A DNA stretch of 64,000 nucleotides from IMG/VR virus record IMGVR_UViG_3300021387_000796, positions 64,001 through 128,000 of that record. One strand, written 5' to 3'. A program made the translations under genes and the position numbers. The DNA comes from a virus (Duplodnaviria > Caudoviricetes). Shown in pieces: positions 50,162 through 61,236 of this stretch; position 1 is the first letter of the stretch, and every line of letters starts with the position of its first letter. The notes below the pieces were generated by a model. It made no database searches. It was not told the origin of the DNA and saw nothing but the letters and a program-made list of their open reading frames with translations.

Positions 50162-50980
50162 ATGACAAAAGCAGAAAAAATATTGAACAAATGCGAACAT
50201 ATTCTTGATGATTATGATGCAGATTATCGTGGTGGATATGTAGATGTTATTGACGGAACAACTTATATTGTTTTCAAATATTATGGTGGAAAACACGATA
50301 CTATAGACAGAAATGATGATTCTTGGGATGAGATGTATGAACTCGAAGGTGTTGCTGATGTTGGTTATGGTAGTGGATATGGAATGGACAATACAAAATA
50401 TGAAGATATGCTTTTAATTGAATTAGAAGATGGATTGAATGAATCTAAAAATTCTGCAAGAAAATCAATCAAGGAATCTAAATATAAGGTAAGTGATTTT
50501 AAAAACACATCAAATAAAGAAGTATCTATTTCATATGTTGACGAAGATGACAATCCTTTATGGGTAGGAAGTCCTGATGAATTGGAAGATTGTGATTATT
50601 CTGATTATGATGTTGAAGAAGTTGGAGAAGAAGGAAACACACTCTATCTATCAATTGAAGAATCTAAAAAGTCAATGAGAAAATCAATTAAGGAAGCAAA
50701 AAATATAACTTTCTCAGATTTATGTGATGAATTAGGAATATCTTATATGGATATTTATGCTATAGGATATGATGATGGTGATGCTGATGGAATATCTTAT
50801 TATTGTGATGAAATGTTAAAAGTTGGAATTAAAATACTTAAAAATGAAGCAATTCAAATTACAGGTCTTGGTACTTTTATTGGAAAATTTAATTTTAATG
50901 ATTATATAAAATATCCAACAAGTAATACATCTATTTTATTACAAGATAAATCAAGACTTTTAGATATTTATCTTAAATAG
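50162..50980 (+). CDS. three-module acidic protein with two ES..RKSIKE linkers
   Basis: LNESKNSARKSIKES and IEESKKSMRKSIKEA. Confidence 0.7.
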   Translation: MTKAEKILNKCEHILDDYDADYRGGYVDVIDGTTYIVFKYYGGKHDTIDRNDDSWDEMYELEGVADVGYGSGYGMDNTKYEDMLLIELEDGLNESKNSARKSIKESKYKVSDFKNTSNKEVSISYVDEDDNPLWVGSPDELEDCDYSDYDVEEVGEEGNTLYLSIEESKKSMRKSIKEAKNITFSDLCDELGISYMDIYAIGYDDGDADGISYYCDEMLKVGIKILKNEAIQITGLGTFIGKFNFNDYIKYPTSNTSILLQDKSRLLDIYLK

Positions 50981-51009
50981 AAACTTTTAATAAATTAAAA
51001 AAAAAGAAA

Positions 51010-51034
51010 AGACCTAGACTAAAAATCTAGGTCT
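51010..51034. terminator. hairpin, copy 1
   Basis: AGACCTAGA-N7-TCTAGGTCT. Confidence 0.65.
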
Positions 51035-51064
51035 CTATTATAATAAGAGACATGGAGGAAATAT

Positions 51065-51502
51065 ATGAATTTATATGACAAACATTTTATACACAAAGTT
51101 TGGGATGAAAGTTTAAGATACAGATGTGTCTTACCGTCAAATGATTTGAAAGAAATAAAGGATTGCATTAAAGGAAATTATGGAGGATATATGAGTGTGT
51201 ATCCTTCTGATGATGAAGATTTTCCATTCAAAAACGAATATTTGGGAAACTTCAAATATGTTTATTATGACCCTTATTGCTATGAAAAATTGGAATATTA
51301 TAAAGGAACTCCACTAGAAGTAAAAATAAAAGGAAAATGGGTTGATGTAAAAAACGACAAATTTAAATGGAATCATGAATACCGAATTAAAGTTAGTAGT
51401 GCGGATAATTCTGTATTTGAAACAAACATTTACGAAATGAATGAAGATAAAACAAGGTTTGCTAAAATTATGGAATTTTTAAGAAAAATATTGAAGAAAT
51501 AA
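51065..51502 (+). CDS. hypothetical protein, paralog of the 59028..59852 N-terminus
   Basis: Shared L(Y/F)DK..W, PF, YYDP, KW, (Y/W)RIK pattern. Confidence 0.65.
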   Translation: MNLYDKHFIHKVWDESLRYRCVLPSNDLKEIKDCIKGNYGGYMSVYPSDDEDFPFKNEYLGNFKYVYYDPYCYEKLEYYKGTPLEVKIKGKWVDVKNDKFKWNHEYRIKVSSADNSVFETNIYEMNEDKTRFAKIMEFLRKILKK

Positions 51503-51511
51503 TTGAAAAAT

Positions 51512-51546
51512 AAAAAGACCTAGATTTTATTCTAGGTCTTTTCTTT
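51512..51546. terminator. bidirectional terminator, copy 2
   Basis: AAAAGACCTAGA-N6-TCTAGGTCTTTT between convergent genes. Confidence 0.75.
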
Positions 51547-51567
51547 TCTTTTTAATTTCCCAATATT

Positions 51568-51978
51568 TTATTTTTCCATAGCCACGAAAACTTGTTTGAA
51601 ATCTGCATGACCACCACATCTTGAAGAAACTCTTTTAATTGCAATATCCAACAGATTATCGTTATTCACAAATTTCTTTGAAATAAATATCGCTATAGGA
51701 TTTTGTCCTAGAAGATTGAACCTATTAACTGCATAAACAAACTGATTGTTTCCTTCATCATTATACAACTCACACATTCTGTTTACATCTTCTTCATCTT
51801 TACATAGAACTGCAATACAAGGATTTGACTTTGGACTCCATTTCAATTCTTCTGTAGAAGGTTTTGGAAGATTAAATAAATCTTTCATCGAAATTTCAGT
51901 CATGTTTACTGTTTTTTCATTTTTAGGGATATGAAATAATCCGCTTTCTTCGCCTAAACCAATCATATTTTCCTCCAT
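51568..51978 (-). CDS. hypothetical protein, possibly with a DHHA1-like C-terminus
   Basis: CGGHADF. Confidence 0.45.
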   Translation of the reverse strand: MEENMIGLGEESGLFHIPKNEKTVNMTEISMKDLFNLPKPSTEELKWSPKSNPCIAVLCKDEEDVNRMCELYNDEGNNQFVYAVNRFNLLGQNPIAIFISKKFVNNDNLLDIAIKRVSSRCGGHADFKQVFVAMEK

Positions 51979-52063
51979 TTTATTTTTATAATAAAACCTA
52001 AATTTATATTAATATAGTTATGATGAACAATCAAGAATTTTTGCCAAATTTTTGATAATTTCC

Positions 52064-52092
52064 TTGACAATTATTTCCTTATATGCTATTAT
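52064..52092 (+). promoter_or_regulatory. sigma70 promoter with extended -10
   Basis: TTGACA-N17-TATTAT with TG. Confidence 0.75.
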
Positions 52093-52116
52093 AATAATGT
52101 AAGGGAGATTACGACT

Positions 52117-53547
52117 ATGGAAAACATTATCATTAACGTACACGAAGACAACCTTTCAATTTTCAACGAAAAACTCAAGGAATTAAATGAGAAGTTCAGC
52201 AAGAAAGGACTTCCGCTCATCAACTGTTCTATGGAACAGAAAGAGATGGAATGTGTCGATGAATGGACTAAGGAAAAGTTTTCATACACAATGTATATTG
52301 CTACCCTTTCATCTGATTTTAATAATACAAATCTTAGTGGTGTTGATGTTGAATTCTGTGGAGTTGTATCTTTGGTAGAGGGCAATGAAAACGACAAGAT
52401 TTACACTTTCAAGAACATCAACTACTCTTCTCTCCTTGCAAACTGTTCTTGCGATAAATGCCACAAGAAAATTGGTCGTAACAAGTACCTCGTATTCAGT
52501 AAGGTTGGAAAAGAAGTAGAAACTCGTGATGACCTTGTAGTGCTTGGAACATCTTGTGCAAAAGATTATTTCCCATTCAGCGTAGAATCATATTTTGGTT
52601 TCTTGGAATCTGCTTTCGAAGAACTCGGTTCTTATGATGAATTCCGTGGTTCATTCGGTGGTTGTTCTTCTCATTATCACACACTTTCAGCAATCTATAC
52701 TGCTACACTTGCTTGTAGTGACAACTTGAAGTGCTATGAAAAAGAAGGTGTAACAAAGGGTAATGTTCTTGGATGGCTCAATAATCTTAAAATGGATAAA
52801 TACACATACTATCGTGATGCTTATCCTATGCCACAGAATCCTATTCCTTTTGAAGATGTAATTTCTTGGATAAAGGATATTTACGATACTGATGACTTTG
52901 TAAGTGATTTCCACACAAACGCTCGTTCAGTATTCTTCAAGACACTTAATGATGGTACTCGTGAAATGCGACATGAAATCCACGAAAAGTATATGGGAAT
53001 TGCCGTATATGCTATGTTCTCTGCAAAACAGAATCACGATAAAATGGTTGCTAAAAAGATTGCAGAAGAAAAGCGTATGGCTGAAAATGCAAAGGTTGAA
53101 TATTACGGCAATGTTGGTGACAAGTTTGAACTCACTCTTACTTTTGATAAATCATTCGGTTTTGAAGGTGCTTATGGTTTTACTTATATTCACCTTTTCC
53201 ACGATGATGAAAATCATGTTTTTGCTTGGAGTTCTAGTAATGGAAATTACAAAGTAGAATATGCTAAAAATGTAACTTGGGGTGGAATTGAATACGTTGA
53301 GTATGAAGTAGGACATAAATATCTCATTAAAGGTTCTATCAAAGACCATCGTGAGTATCGTAATGTAAAACAGACAGTTATTACACGTTGTAAGGTTTTA
53401 GATGATTTTATTGAAAGAAAAGTTGAAGTAAAGGAAAATCTCAAGGGTGAAAAATGTGCAAGAATTGTTGATGATGAAGAAGTTTTAGATAAGTTGCTTG
53501 ATACTACAAGTGAATCAGAATTTGAAAAAATTATAAAAATCGCATAA
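52117..53547 (+). CDS. phage protein with zinc motif and C-terminal OB-fold-like domain
   Basis: CDKCH..R..GTSCAKDY; YYGNVGDK..GAYG..IKGSIKDHREYRNVKQTVITRCKV; highly-expressed-type codon usage. Confidence 0.7.
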   Translation: MENIIINVHEDNLSIFNEKLKELNEKFSKKGLPLINCSMEQKEMECVDEWTKEKFSYTMYIATLSSDFNNTNLSGVDVEFCGVVSLVEGNENDKIYTFKNINYSSLLANCSCDKCHKKIGRNKYLVFSKVGKEVETRDDLVVLGTSCAKDYFPFSVESYFGFLESAFEELGSYDEFRGSFGGCSSHYHTLSAIYTATLACSDNLKCYEKEGVTKGNVLGWLNNLKMDKYTYYRDAYPMPQNPIPFEDVISWIKDIYDTDDFVSDFHTNARSVFFKTLNDGTREMRHEIHEKYMGIAVYAMFSAKQNHDKMVAKKIAEEKRMAENAKVEYYGNVGDKFELTLTFDKSFGFEGAYGFTYIHLFHDDENHVFAWSSSNGNYKVEYAKNVTWGGIEYVEYEVGHKYLIKGSIKDHREYRNVKQTVITRCKVLDDFIERKVEVKENLKGEKCARIVDDEEVLDKLLDTTSESEFEKIIKIA

Positions 53548-53552
53548 TATAT

Positions 53553-54041
53553 TTGTATAATTTTGGAGGATTTATGAGTAAACGTTCGAGATTAAATGAT
53601 ATTTTCAGAAATATGAAACGAAGATGTTATGATGAAAAATGTAAATGTTATGAATATTATGGTGGAAAAGGGGTAAAAATTTGTGATGAATGGCTTAATC
53701 TAGAGCGAGTTCCTAAAGAAGATAATGCTACAAAAGGTTATCTTGCTTTTAAATCTTGGGCATTAGCCAATGGTTATAAAGATGATTTAACTATCGATAG
53801 AATAAATTATGACGGAAATTATGAACCTTCTAATTGCCGTTGGGTAACAATGAAAAATCAATGTAACAATCGAAGCAGTAATTATCTTATAACTTATAAA
53901 GGTGAAACAAAAAATCTTAGTTTATGGTGTGATGAACTTGAATTAGATTATTATAGAATTAGAGATAGATTGCAGAAATTACAATGGTCTGTTGAAAAAA
54001 GTTTTGAAACACCAATAAGAAAATGTAAAAGAAAACCTTAA
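53553..54041 (+). CDS. HNH homing-type endonuclease
   Basis: MKRRCY..YYGGKGVKICDEW..LTIDRINYDGNYEPSNCRWVT..QCNNR. Confidence 0.88.
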   Translation: MYNFGGFMSKRSRLNDIFRNMKRRCYDEKCKCYEYYGGKGVKICDEWLNLERVPKEDNATKGYLAFKSWALANGYKDDLTIDRINYDGNYEPSNCRWVTMKNQCNNRSSNYLITYKGETKNLSLWCDELELDYYRIRDRLQKLQWSVEKSFETPIRKCKRKP

Positions 54042-54129
54042 CGGTAATACTGTTGCTCGTGTAGTTGAATATGAAGACCCATTTGACACACTTATGGAAA
54101 CAATGGCTTCTGTAGAACAGAGTGCATAA
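54025..54129 (+). pseudogene. orphaned original 3' end of the 52117 gene
   Basis: Encodes VKENLNGNTVARVVEYEDPFDTLM.., homologous to in-gene VKENLKGEKCARIVDDEEVLDKLL. Confidence 0.75.
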
Positions 54130-54329
54130 AATAAAAAATTACAAAGGAAATTTGGAATAAAAAAGGAGTAAAATAAAATGAATCCAACAATTTGTAATAT
54201 GACACTAGAAGAAAGATTGAAATGGCAACTTGAAGAAGAAAAAGAACTTCATGAAATTGAAAGAGAATTGCTCATTCATCAGATTGAGGTTCTTAAAGAA
54301 AAACTTGCTCGTAAATAAGGAGTAAAATT

Positions 54330-54933
54330 ATGAATCAGTTTGATATAAGAAAACAAGCAAAATCATCAGCAGAAAAGCATGGATATTACATACATAATGA
54401 AGAATATGAAGACGGATATTGTATAGGTTTTCGTGCAGGATATAATGAATGTAAAAATAATGCGAAAAATATAATTAAAGACTTGTTGAATTTGTTAAAT
54501 AATGAAGCATATAGAACTAGATGTTATGAAGAAATACAGAGGGCAGAAGAATTTATAAAGGAGTAATATATGACAAAAGAAAAACTTGAAGAATATCTGT
54601 CTAATCTAAACTTGAGTTATTATACCGAAGAAGAACTCGAAAAGATTTATAATTCGGTAAAATCAGCAGTAGATTGTATTGAAGAACATATTGGATGTGA
54701 GGAGTAAAAAGGAGTAATAAATTATGCTAAAGAAAATCATTTATTATGTAAGACAGTTTTTGAATTTAGTTTGTATCAGTAATGGACTTTCTTGTTTGAT
54801 AGGAGTATTTACTCATACATTAACTACAGAAATGCAATTTGTCATTGGTGGTATTGGTATGTTTTCCTTTATTTACGGTGCAAATAAAATAATTGAACTT
54901 GCTATTGAAGAACATATTGGGCATGAGGAGTAA
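54330..54933 (+). CDS. small hypothetical genes (54330, ~54570, 54724 membrane protein)
   Basis: AAGGAG RBSs. Confidence 0.5.
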
Positions 54934-54938
54934 TTAAA

Positions 54939-55246
54939 ATGAGTAAAGAATGGTTTTTGGAAAGTTTGGTTGACCCTCGGTTTTTAATTCTGTCAGAGAA
55001 TTTCAGTCCGATGTACAAGAGGGTGGAATTATTGAATCTGACGGTTGTGGTAATCTTCTTTTCATCAATAAAGAAACACTTCAACTTGAGGAAGGTGAAA
55101 GTTGCTTCAAGGATGGAATTGAAGTTTGGAAAGTTGCAGAAGGTGAACCCTCTTATGGCATACCTGATGAAACAATTGAGAGAATTATCAACCACTTTAG
55201 TGATGATAAAAGACAGTTGATTGGAGTTCTTTGGTATAACAAGTAA
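54939..55246 (+). pseudogene. frameshifted gene; the likely coding frame is -1 after ~54980
   Basis: Alternative frame FNSVREFQSDVQEGGIIESDGCG...GVLWYNK* has phage-like codon usage but no start codon. Confidence 0.55.
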
Positions 55247-55435
55247 AAAAGGAAAATAGATTATGATAATTTTTATCAAACATAAAGACGGACGTGCGGA
55301 AAGTTATAAAATAAAAGATTTCACCATGGTGGATTCTACAATCCGTATAGTAACAGAAGACAAAATTTTATATTTAGATTATTTTGATATTGAAGATATG
55401 CAAATAATTAATTCTTAAAAAGGAGAATAATAATT

Positions 55436-55834
55436 ATGTGGCTGAAGAGTGCCTTGCAAGAACATTATGGTATCACACGAAAAGGTCATAGCGGACATTT
55501 GAATAAAACTATAGACGAATTGTTGAACAAAATTATTTTAATGGATTGCGCTGAATATTATAATAGAAAAGTGAATTTTTGCTTTTATAAAAATACTTCA
55601 TCGAAAGCATCTATGAAAATCGATTTTGATAATAATACCGTTGATGTAAAAATCTTGATGAGGTATTACGCTCACAAAAGTTCAAACATTCATAAACTAT
55701 ACGAATTTCTTTCTGTTGAAAAAGAATATAGCAGTAAAATAAACGATATGTTTTATGAAGTTCGTGCATATTATATTGATGAAAGTGCGATTGGTATTTC
55801 TTTCAAATATAATAAAGATGAAGTTTTAAAATAA
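55436..55834 (+). CDS. hypothetical protein
   Basis: AGGAG RBS. Confidence 0.6.
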   Translation: MWLKSALQEHYGITRKGHSGHLNKTIDELLNKIILMDCAEYYNRKVNFCFYKNTSSKASMKIDFDNNTVDVKILMRYYAHKSSNIHKLYEFLSVEKEYSSKINDMFYEVRAYYIDESAIGISFKYNKDEVLK

Positions 55835-55897
55835 AAATCAAAAAGTTATTGACAAATAGTTATAAATAACTTATCATACATTAAAGGAGTTAAGAAA

Positions 55898-56257
55898 ATG
55901 TATCATGATATAAGCGACCATGAACTTATTGAATGGTGTAACAAGTGGAATTTGCTTACTAAAATTCAGAAAAGACTAATTACTCTATTGGAAGAATCAC
56001 CTAGAGTTGGAAATTATTCCGATATTGTAAAGTTCTGCGGAATTAATGTAAACAATCAGACCGCAAACATGAAACAGATTAAAAAACTTGTTGAATGGGG
56101 AATTATCACAATTTCTGATTTTGAAGAAAAGGATAAAGAAGAACTTGAACATCAGATTGGAATCGCCATAAACAGTAGAACTAAAACTTTCCGATTGGCA
56201 GAAGGTTGGTTTAAGGCATTGAGTGATTTAGACAGTGATAAAATTATAGAAAAATAG
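55898..56257 (+). CDS. putative winged-helix DNA-binding protein
   Basis: LTKIQKRLITLL..YSDIVKFCG..QIKKLVEWGII; own TTGACA promoter at 55849. Confidence 0.5.
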   Translation: MYHDISDHELIEWCNKWNLLTKIQKRLITLLEESPRVGNYSDIVKFCGINVNNQTANMKQIKKLVEWGIITISDFEEKDKEELEHQIGIAINSRTKTFRLAEGWFKALSDLDSDKIIEK

Positions 56258-56266
56258 AGGATAAAA

Positions 56267-56593
56267 ATGGTTAAATTTGAAACATTTGAAAAAACCATAA
56301 AATTATTAGACGACATCAGTCTTGAACTAGATAATTTTAATGATGGACTGCAAAAAGTGTTCGGTGTGGATTCTTGCACGATGTATTATACACCTTCGTC
56401 TATTGTCGATGATTATGTAATTGATTTTGTACAGACAGAATTTGGTGAAAGTAAAGAAGGTGCTGAATGGTTTGTATATGAAGGACTTCCGCAAATTAAA
56501 AGAGGTGGAACTAGTATTGAAGAAAATGGTAAAATATGGAATATTAAAAGTATAAAAGATTATTACAATTATTTAATCTCCTTACAAAAATAA
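56267..56593 (+). CDS. hypothetical protein
   Basis: GAGG RBS. Confidence 0.6.
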   Translation: MVKFETFEKTIKLLDDISLELDNFNDGLQKVFGVDSCTMYYTPSSIVDDYVIDFVQTEFGESKEGAEWFVYEGLPQIKRGGTSIEENGKIWNIKSIKDYYNYLISLQK

Positions 56594-56737
56594 TTGTTGT
56601 TATTTAAAAAAGTAATTCGTTACCTCTCCTTGAGAACGCTTGTTTTTGTACTCCTTCCAAGCGTTCTCTTTTTTAACTATTTTTTTTTAAGTATAGTTGT
56701 TATACATACTTATTTAAAAAGAGAGGTAAAAAATCAA

Positions 56738-57412
56738 ATGAATTTCCTAGATTTTTATAATCAGCATTACATTAGTTTAACATTCATCATCATTTGTTTG
56801 GTTGGATGTGTGGTTTTATCGATTGTTTATTTTTTTCGTAAATCTGACAAAAAAATAAAAACTCCGTGGTTTGAAATAGCGCCTGATTCAGTGAATGTGC
56901 CAGAATCAGAAGATATGGGAAAAACTAGACTTTTATTAAAAAGACAATTCGAATACGTGGATAATTATATAAATGGTTTATCGAATACCTTTTTAGCACT
57001 AGAAAAAGTTATCGTAGAAGATGCTATGAAAGTATTATTTCAAGACGGTAAAGTTCCAAAAACACACATGCAAACTTGCCTTATAAGTTCTAACACAAAT
57101 GAACTTATACAACAATTAAAAAATTACATAAACGGTCTACTAGTAATTAATCATATAGGAAGCAATAAAGATAAAATAAAGAGATATGCAAAATCACACG
57201 TTTGTCAAGTTGTGGCAATTACAAAGAAGCACGCTTGCGATTTATTTTGTAAATTAAGCGGTGCAATATGTACAGATTCTAAAAAATATTGGAATAGTAT
57301 TGGAATAAGCGACCCTAATTCATGGGCAGAAATACATCTGACAGAGTTGTTAATTGGTTTAAGTGAATTGAGATATTCGGATTTTGATATGACAAATGAT
57401 ACAGAGGAATAA
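56738..57412 (+). CDS. N-terminally membrane-anchored protein
   Basis: GAGG RBS, one TM segment; TAACTAT at 56674. Confidence 0.6.
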   Translation: MNFLDFYNQHYISLTFIIICLVGCVVLSIVYFFRKSDKKIKTPWFEIAPDSVNVPESEDMGKTRLLLKRQFEYVDNYINGLSNTFLALEKVIVEDAMKVLFQDGKVPKTHMQTCLISSNTNELIQQLKNYINGLLVINHIGSNKDKIKRYAKSHVCQVVAITKKHACDLFCKLSGAICTDSKKYWNSIGISDPNSWAEIHLTELLIGLSELRYSDFDMTNDTEE

Positions 57413-57438
57413 AGTTTGAGATACAATCAAAAAAATTA

Positions 57439-57468
57439 ATCCGCCCTTTTGAAGAGCGGATTTTTTTA
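57439..57468. terminator. bidirectional terminator
   Basis: AATCCGC..GCGGATT flanked by A/T tracts. Confidence 0.7.
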
Positions 57469-57777
57469 TTTTCCGTCATTATCAATTTCTGTATTTATTT
57501 CTTGTGTTTCTAATGGTTTTTTATCATTATAATCTTTTTTAGGTTCGAAACCTTGTAAAGCCTTTGGGGTAACAACTAATGTGGTTAATACACCTAGTAA
57601 AGTTGCTACTGCATAAAAGAATGAATTATCCAACGGTCTTTTTAAGAAGTGGAATAAACAAAATACAATTACAGATGCAACAATCACAACCATATCAAAC
57701 ATTATAACAGTAGCAAATGCCCATCTTGTTGAAGAAATACTTGAATTATCGTCTGAAATTTCTCTTATACTTATCAT
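57466..57777 (-). CDS. putative holin (two TM segments)
   Basis: SSTRW N-terminus, two TM helices, charged C-tail. Confidence 0.5.
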   Translation of the reverse strand: MISIREISDDNSSISSTRWAFATVIMFDMVVIVASVIVFCLFHFLKRPLDNSFFYAVATLLGVLTTLVVTPKALQGFEPKKDYNDKKPLETQEINTEIDNDGK

Positions 57778-57788
57778 AAGAGAAATAG

Positions 57789-60700
57789 TTATTTTATCAG
57801 TTTATTCTTTTCTAATTCATTCAACAAATCGTCAAACTTTATAAACTTGGAATACTGTTCTATTAAATTAAAAGCGTTTTCCAAATCAGCACAATTTATA
57901 GGGTTAGATTCTTTATCATATCCATTTGAAAATACAATGTTCCAACTGAAATTATCTTTATTAAAATGTGGTTTTATTGTTGCAACATAATCCATAAAAT
58001 TCACATAAATTTCGTTGTGTATTATGTATTTACGCCCTTCAATATACATTTTTTATTTCTCCCAACAGATAGGAACATATTTTAATTCCATATAAGGTTC
58101 GACTTTATCATAAATGTATTCGAAACAAAGATGATATTTTGTTCTTGCCCAACAGTTAAATTTTTCATTAGAAAATTCTTCAGCATATTTATACAAATTT
58201 TCCAATGCGAATTCTTTTATAACATCAACCAATTCATCATCTTCATTTTCACAAAATTCATTAAAGAAAGTTTTTTCAATTTCAGCAACTTTTTCCCAAT
58301 CGAAAAAAGTCATTATTTCAGCAATCGATTTATGCAATGAATCTTTCATAAACACCTCATTTTCTTTTCGGTTCAATCAAACGATAAACTTGAATTAAAA
58401 TCAAAATTACATTCAAAAATATATTTGACCAACTATGGATAAAAATACCATACACGATAAACAACGATGCACCTATGGAATCCAAGATACGAATAATCCT
58501 TACATCTTTGAACATGAAGGCAAGTATGATAAATAAACTTCCAATCATTCCTAAAACTTCAACCACTTCAATCCTCCACATAATCGATTTTTCTTACTCT
58601 TATTTTCCCGCAATCCAAGTTTATAATTAAAATGTATCCATCTTTATCATTAAATGAAATGTCTTTGAAATTAAACTTGAAATCCAAATATTTTTTCACC
58701 GCTGATATAGAATCACAAATTGCAAAAACTTCAGTCACATCTTCTGTTAAAAATTCTATTATATATTTTGTCGATAATTTCATACAAATTCCTTTTTTAA
58801 TGAGATTTTTCCCAAATTTTTGCAACGTTGAACCAAGGATAAATTTTTACCTTTTCGGCATACATAAATCCATCGACAAAATGAATAACTTCAATTTTAT
58901 CATCTGTAAAACTTTTTTCAACATTGAAAACTTCCGAATAAACGATTTTAGATAAGCACCATTTATTTTTAATTTTTGTATATATTTTAAGTATCATATC
59001 TTCATTCACCTCACAATATAAATTTATTCAGACTTCAATTAAAGGTTCTCTCCATTCATCAGAACCAAAATCACGAATACGAATAGAATTTTCAACTTCT
59101 TTATTTTCTGTTCCTTCTAAATAACTATGAGATGCGTATACTGTAGGTTTAATAGCATTAAATGAAAAATAATTTATTTTCATTTCTCCATTACCTTTAG
59201 CGAGCCACTGAGAAAGTTCACGATTCGTCATTCTACGAGTAAATTTTATATTATCTATAAATTTTTTTAATTCTTTACATTCATGACAATATAAACCGTT
59301 GCATTCTGCGCATTTTTCATTATTACGAATAAAATTTTTACTAACTGTATTCATAACAAATTCACATTTTTCTTTATCACCAAAATAAATAGGATTGCTT
59401 ACATCATATTTAGATATAGACAAATTAAAACAACCGTTTTTATATATATTGAGAACATATGTATTATAATGCTTTTCATTTTCTTTTATTGTAGGTTTAA
59501 TCCGCCATTCATAAGCATCCCATTTTATATCATAAAAGAATGCACTTGTTATAGAAAAATCATCTTTCCATTTATTTAGAACAAGTCTTTGAATAGTTTT
59601 ACCTTCAAGCCACGCTTTTTTTACTTTTAAGTTAGGGTCATAATAGCAGAAATCACATTCTACACAATGATTCGTAAAAGGTTTTTCTGTTCCCTTATTT
59701 ACTTTAAAGATTCTATCTTTATCACCACTATTCACAAAATTTTTTAAATTTTGATATGTTTTGGCAAGAATACAATCTTTTCCTTCAAGTTCATCAGACC
59801 ACTCAAGATAAACGTATCTTTTATCAAATAATTCAATATCCATAAATTTCATACCTCAATTCTCAATATATTTCATTAATCGGTAAAAATCAATAAGATT
59901 TTATGTCTCCATCATTTTTATATTTTTATTACCAAACATTAAAAAATTCTTTAATGCTTCTTCAACATCTTCTTCTTTATAAGACGTGCAAATACAATCC
60001 CACACATTTTCTTTCTCTTCATAATATAATGCCAACTTACCGCCATGCATATTATCCCACATTTTTTCATTCAATTTTGAAAGGTTAGGAATTACAAATT
60101 CAAACTTTGTGGAATCAGCCTTAAATTCAATTGAGCAGTTATACCTCTCATATCCTTCAAATTTGATAGATGTGATTTCAAGGGATGGATTTTTGAAAAT
60201 CTCTTCTCTCAGTATATTCTGTAGATATTCAAAATCTTCCTTCTCTTTATACTTCTTTCTTTTATCTAAAGATTTATCTTCATTCATAAGAATCCAATTC
60301 TGAGCAGAAGTAAGTAGTTTTTCAGAATAATACATGTAACGAACCGTATCTTTAATAACTTCAATTCTATCTTTTTTAGCAAGTTCCAACAATTTAGAAT
60401 ATTTATAATATTCCTTACGCATATCTTCTACCAATTCATCAGCATAATTCAACTTTAATTCATTTGCGTTAAGGTTTAATCCGAATTTTTCATGTTCAAT
60501 AATCATATATTAATCCTCTCATAATTCTTTGAAAACTTTGAAAAATTCAACATCCAATCCACAAAGGGCATTTAATATCAAATCGATTATAATCCATGAT
60601 GCAACGTGAATAATTAAATAACCAAGCATCGGAAAAATCAGCCATAAAATAAGCATATTTGAATAAATACTAATCACTACACCTATCAAAAACATAGAAA

Positions 60701-61170
60701 ATGTAATTGCAAATAATGTATTCATGATTTTTTCAAAAATATCAGTAAACTTCATATAAATTTACCTCTTAATCGAACAAAAACTTGGTTTCTTCATTAT
60801 AAGGAATCCATTTGGTGTGCTTTTCCTTACAGAAAGATTTGAAAACATCAAGGAATTTAATGAAAGCCTTTCTATCCTTGAATTCTTCTTCGTTTCTGCA
60901 ATGTCCACCTTCATAATAACATGAAAGCCAATATGACGCTTCCTCACAAAAATCATCAACTGTCCTATAAGGTTCTACACTAGTATCAGATTCTACCCAC
61001 GCATCCTTACTTGGGTCAAAATGAACTTCTTCATGTTCCAAATAATAACCGTTAGCAAGTTCGTTCCAATACTTGGCACATAAAGCAAGCAATTCAGATG
61101 AAGACTGCATAGCATGATGTATTGCCTTAATCATTGTAGGTTTTCTTGTTGTTCGTTCGTATCGTTTCAT
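57789..61170 (-). CDS. run of minus-strand hypothetical genes (57789, 58053, 58357 YgjV-like membrane protein, 58568, 58797, 59028, 59901, 60519 membrane protein, 60769)
   Basis: Co-directional ORFs downstream of a TTGACA-N17-TATTCT promoter at 61220-61192. Confidence 0.55.
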
Positions 61171-61236
61171 AATTTTTACTCCTTATATAGAAGAATATCA
61201 CAAATAAAGAGTTTTGTCAAGGGAATTATAAAAAAA

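Noticed and set aside
56594-56737. N-terminal extension of ORF 56594
   Set aside because: Overlaps a terminator hairpin and the TAACTAT motif; the RBS supports ATG 56738
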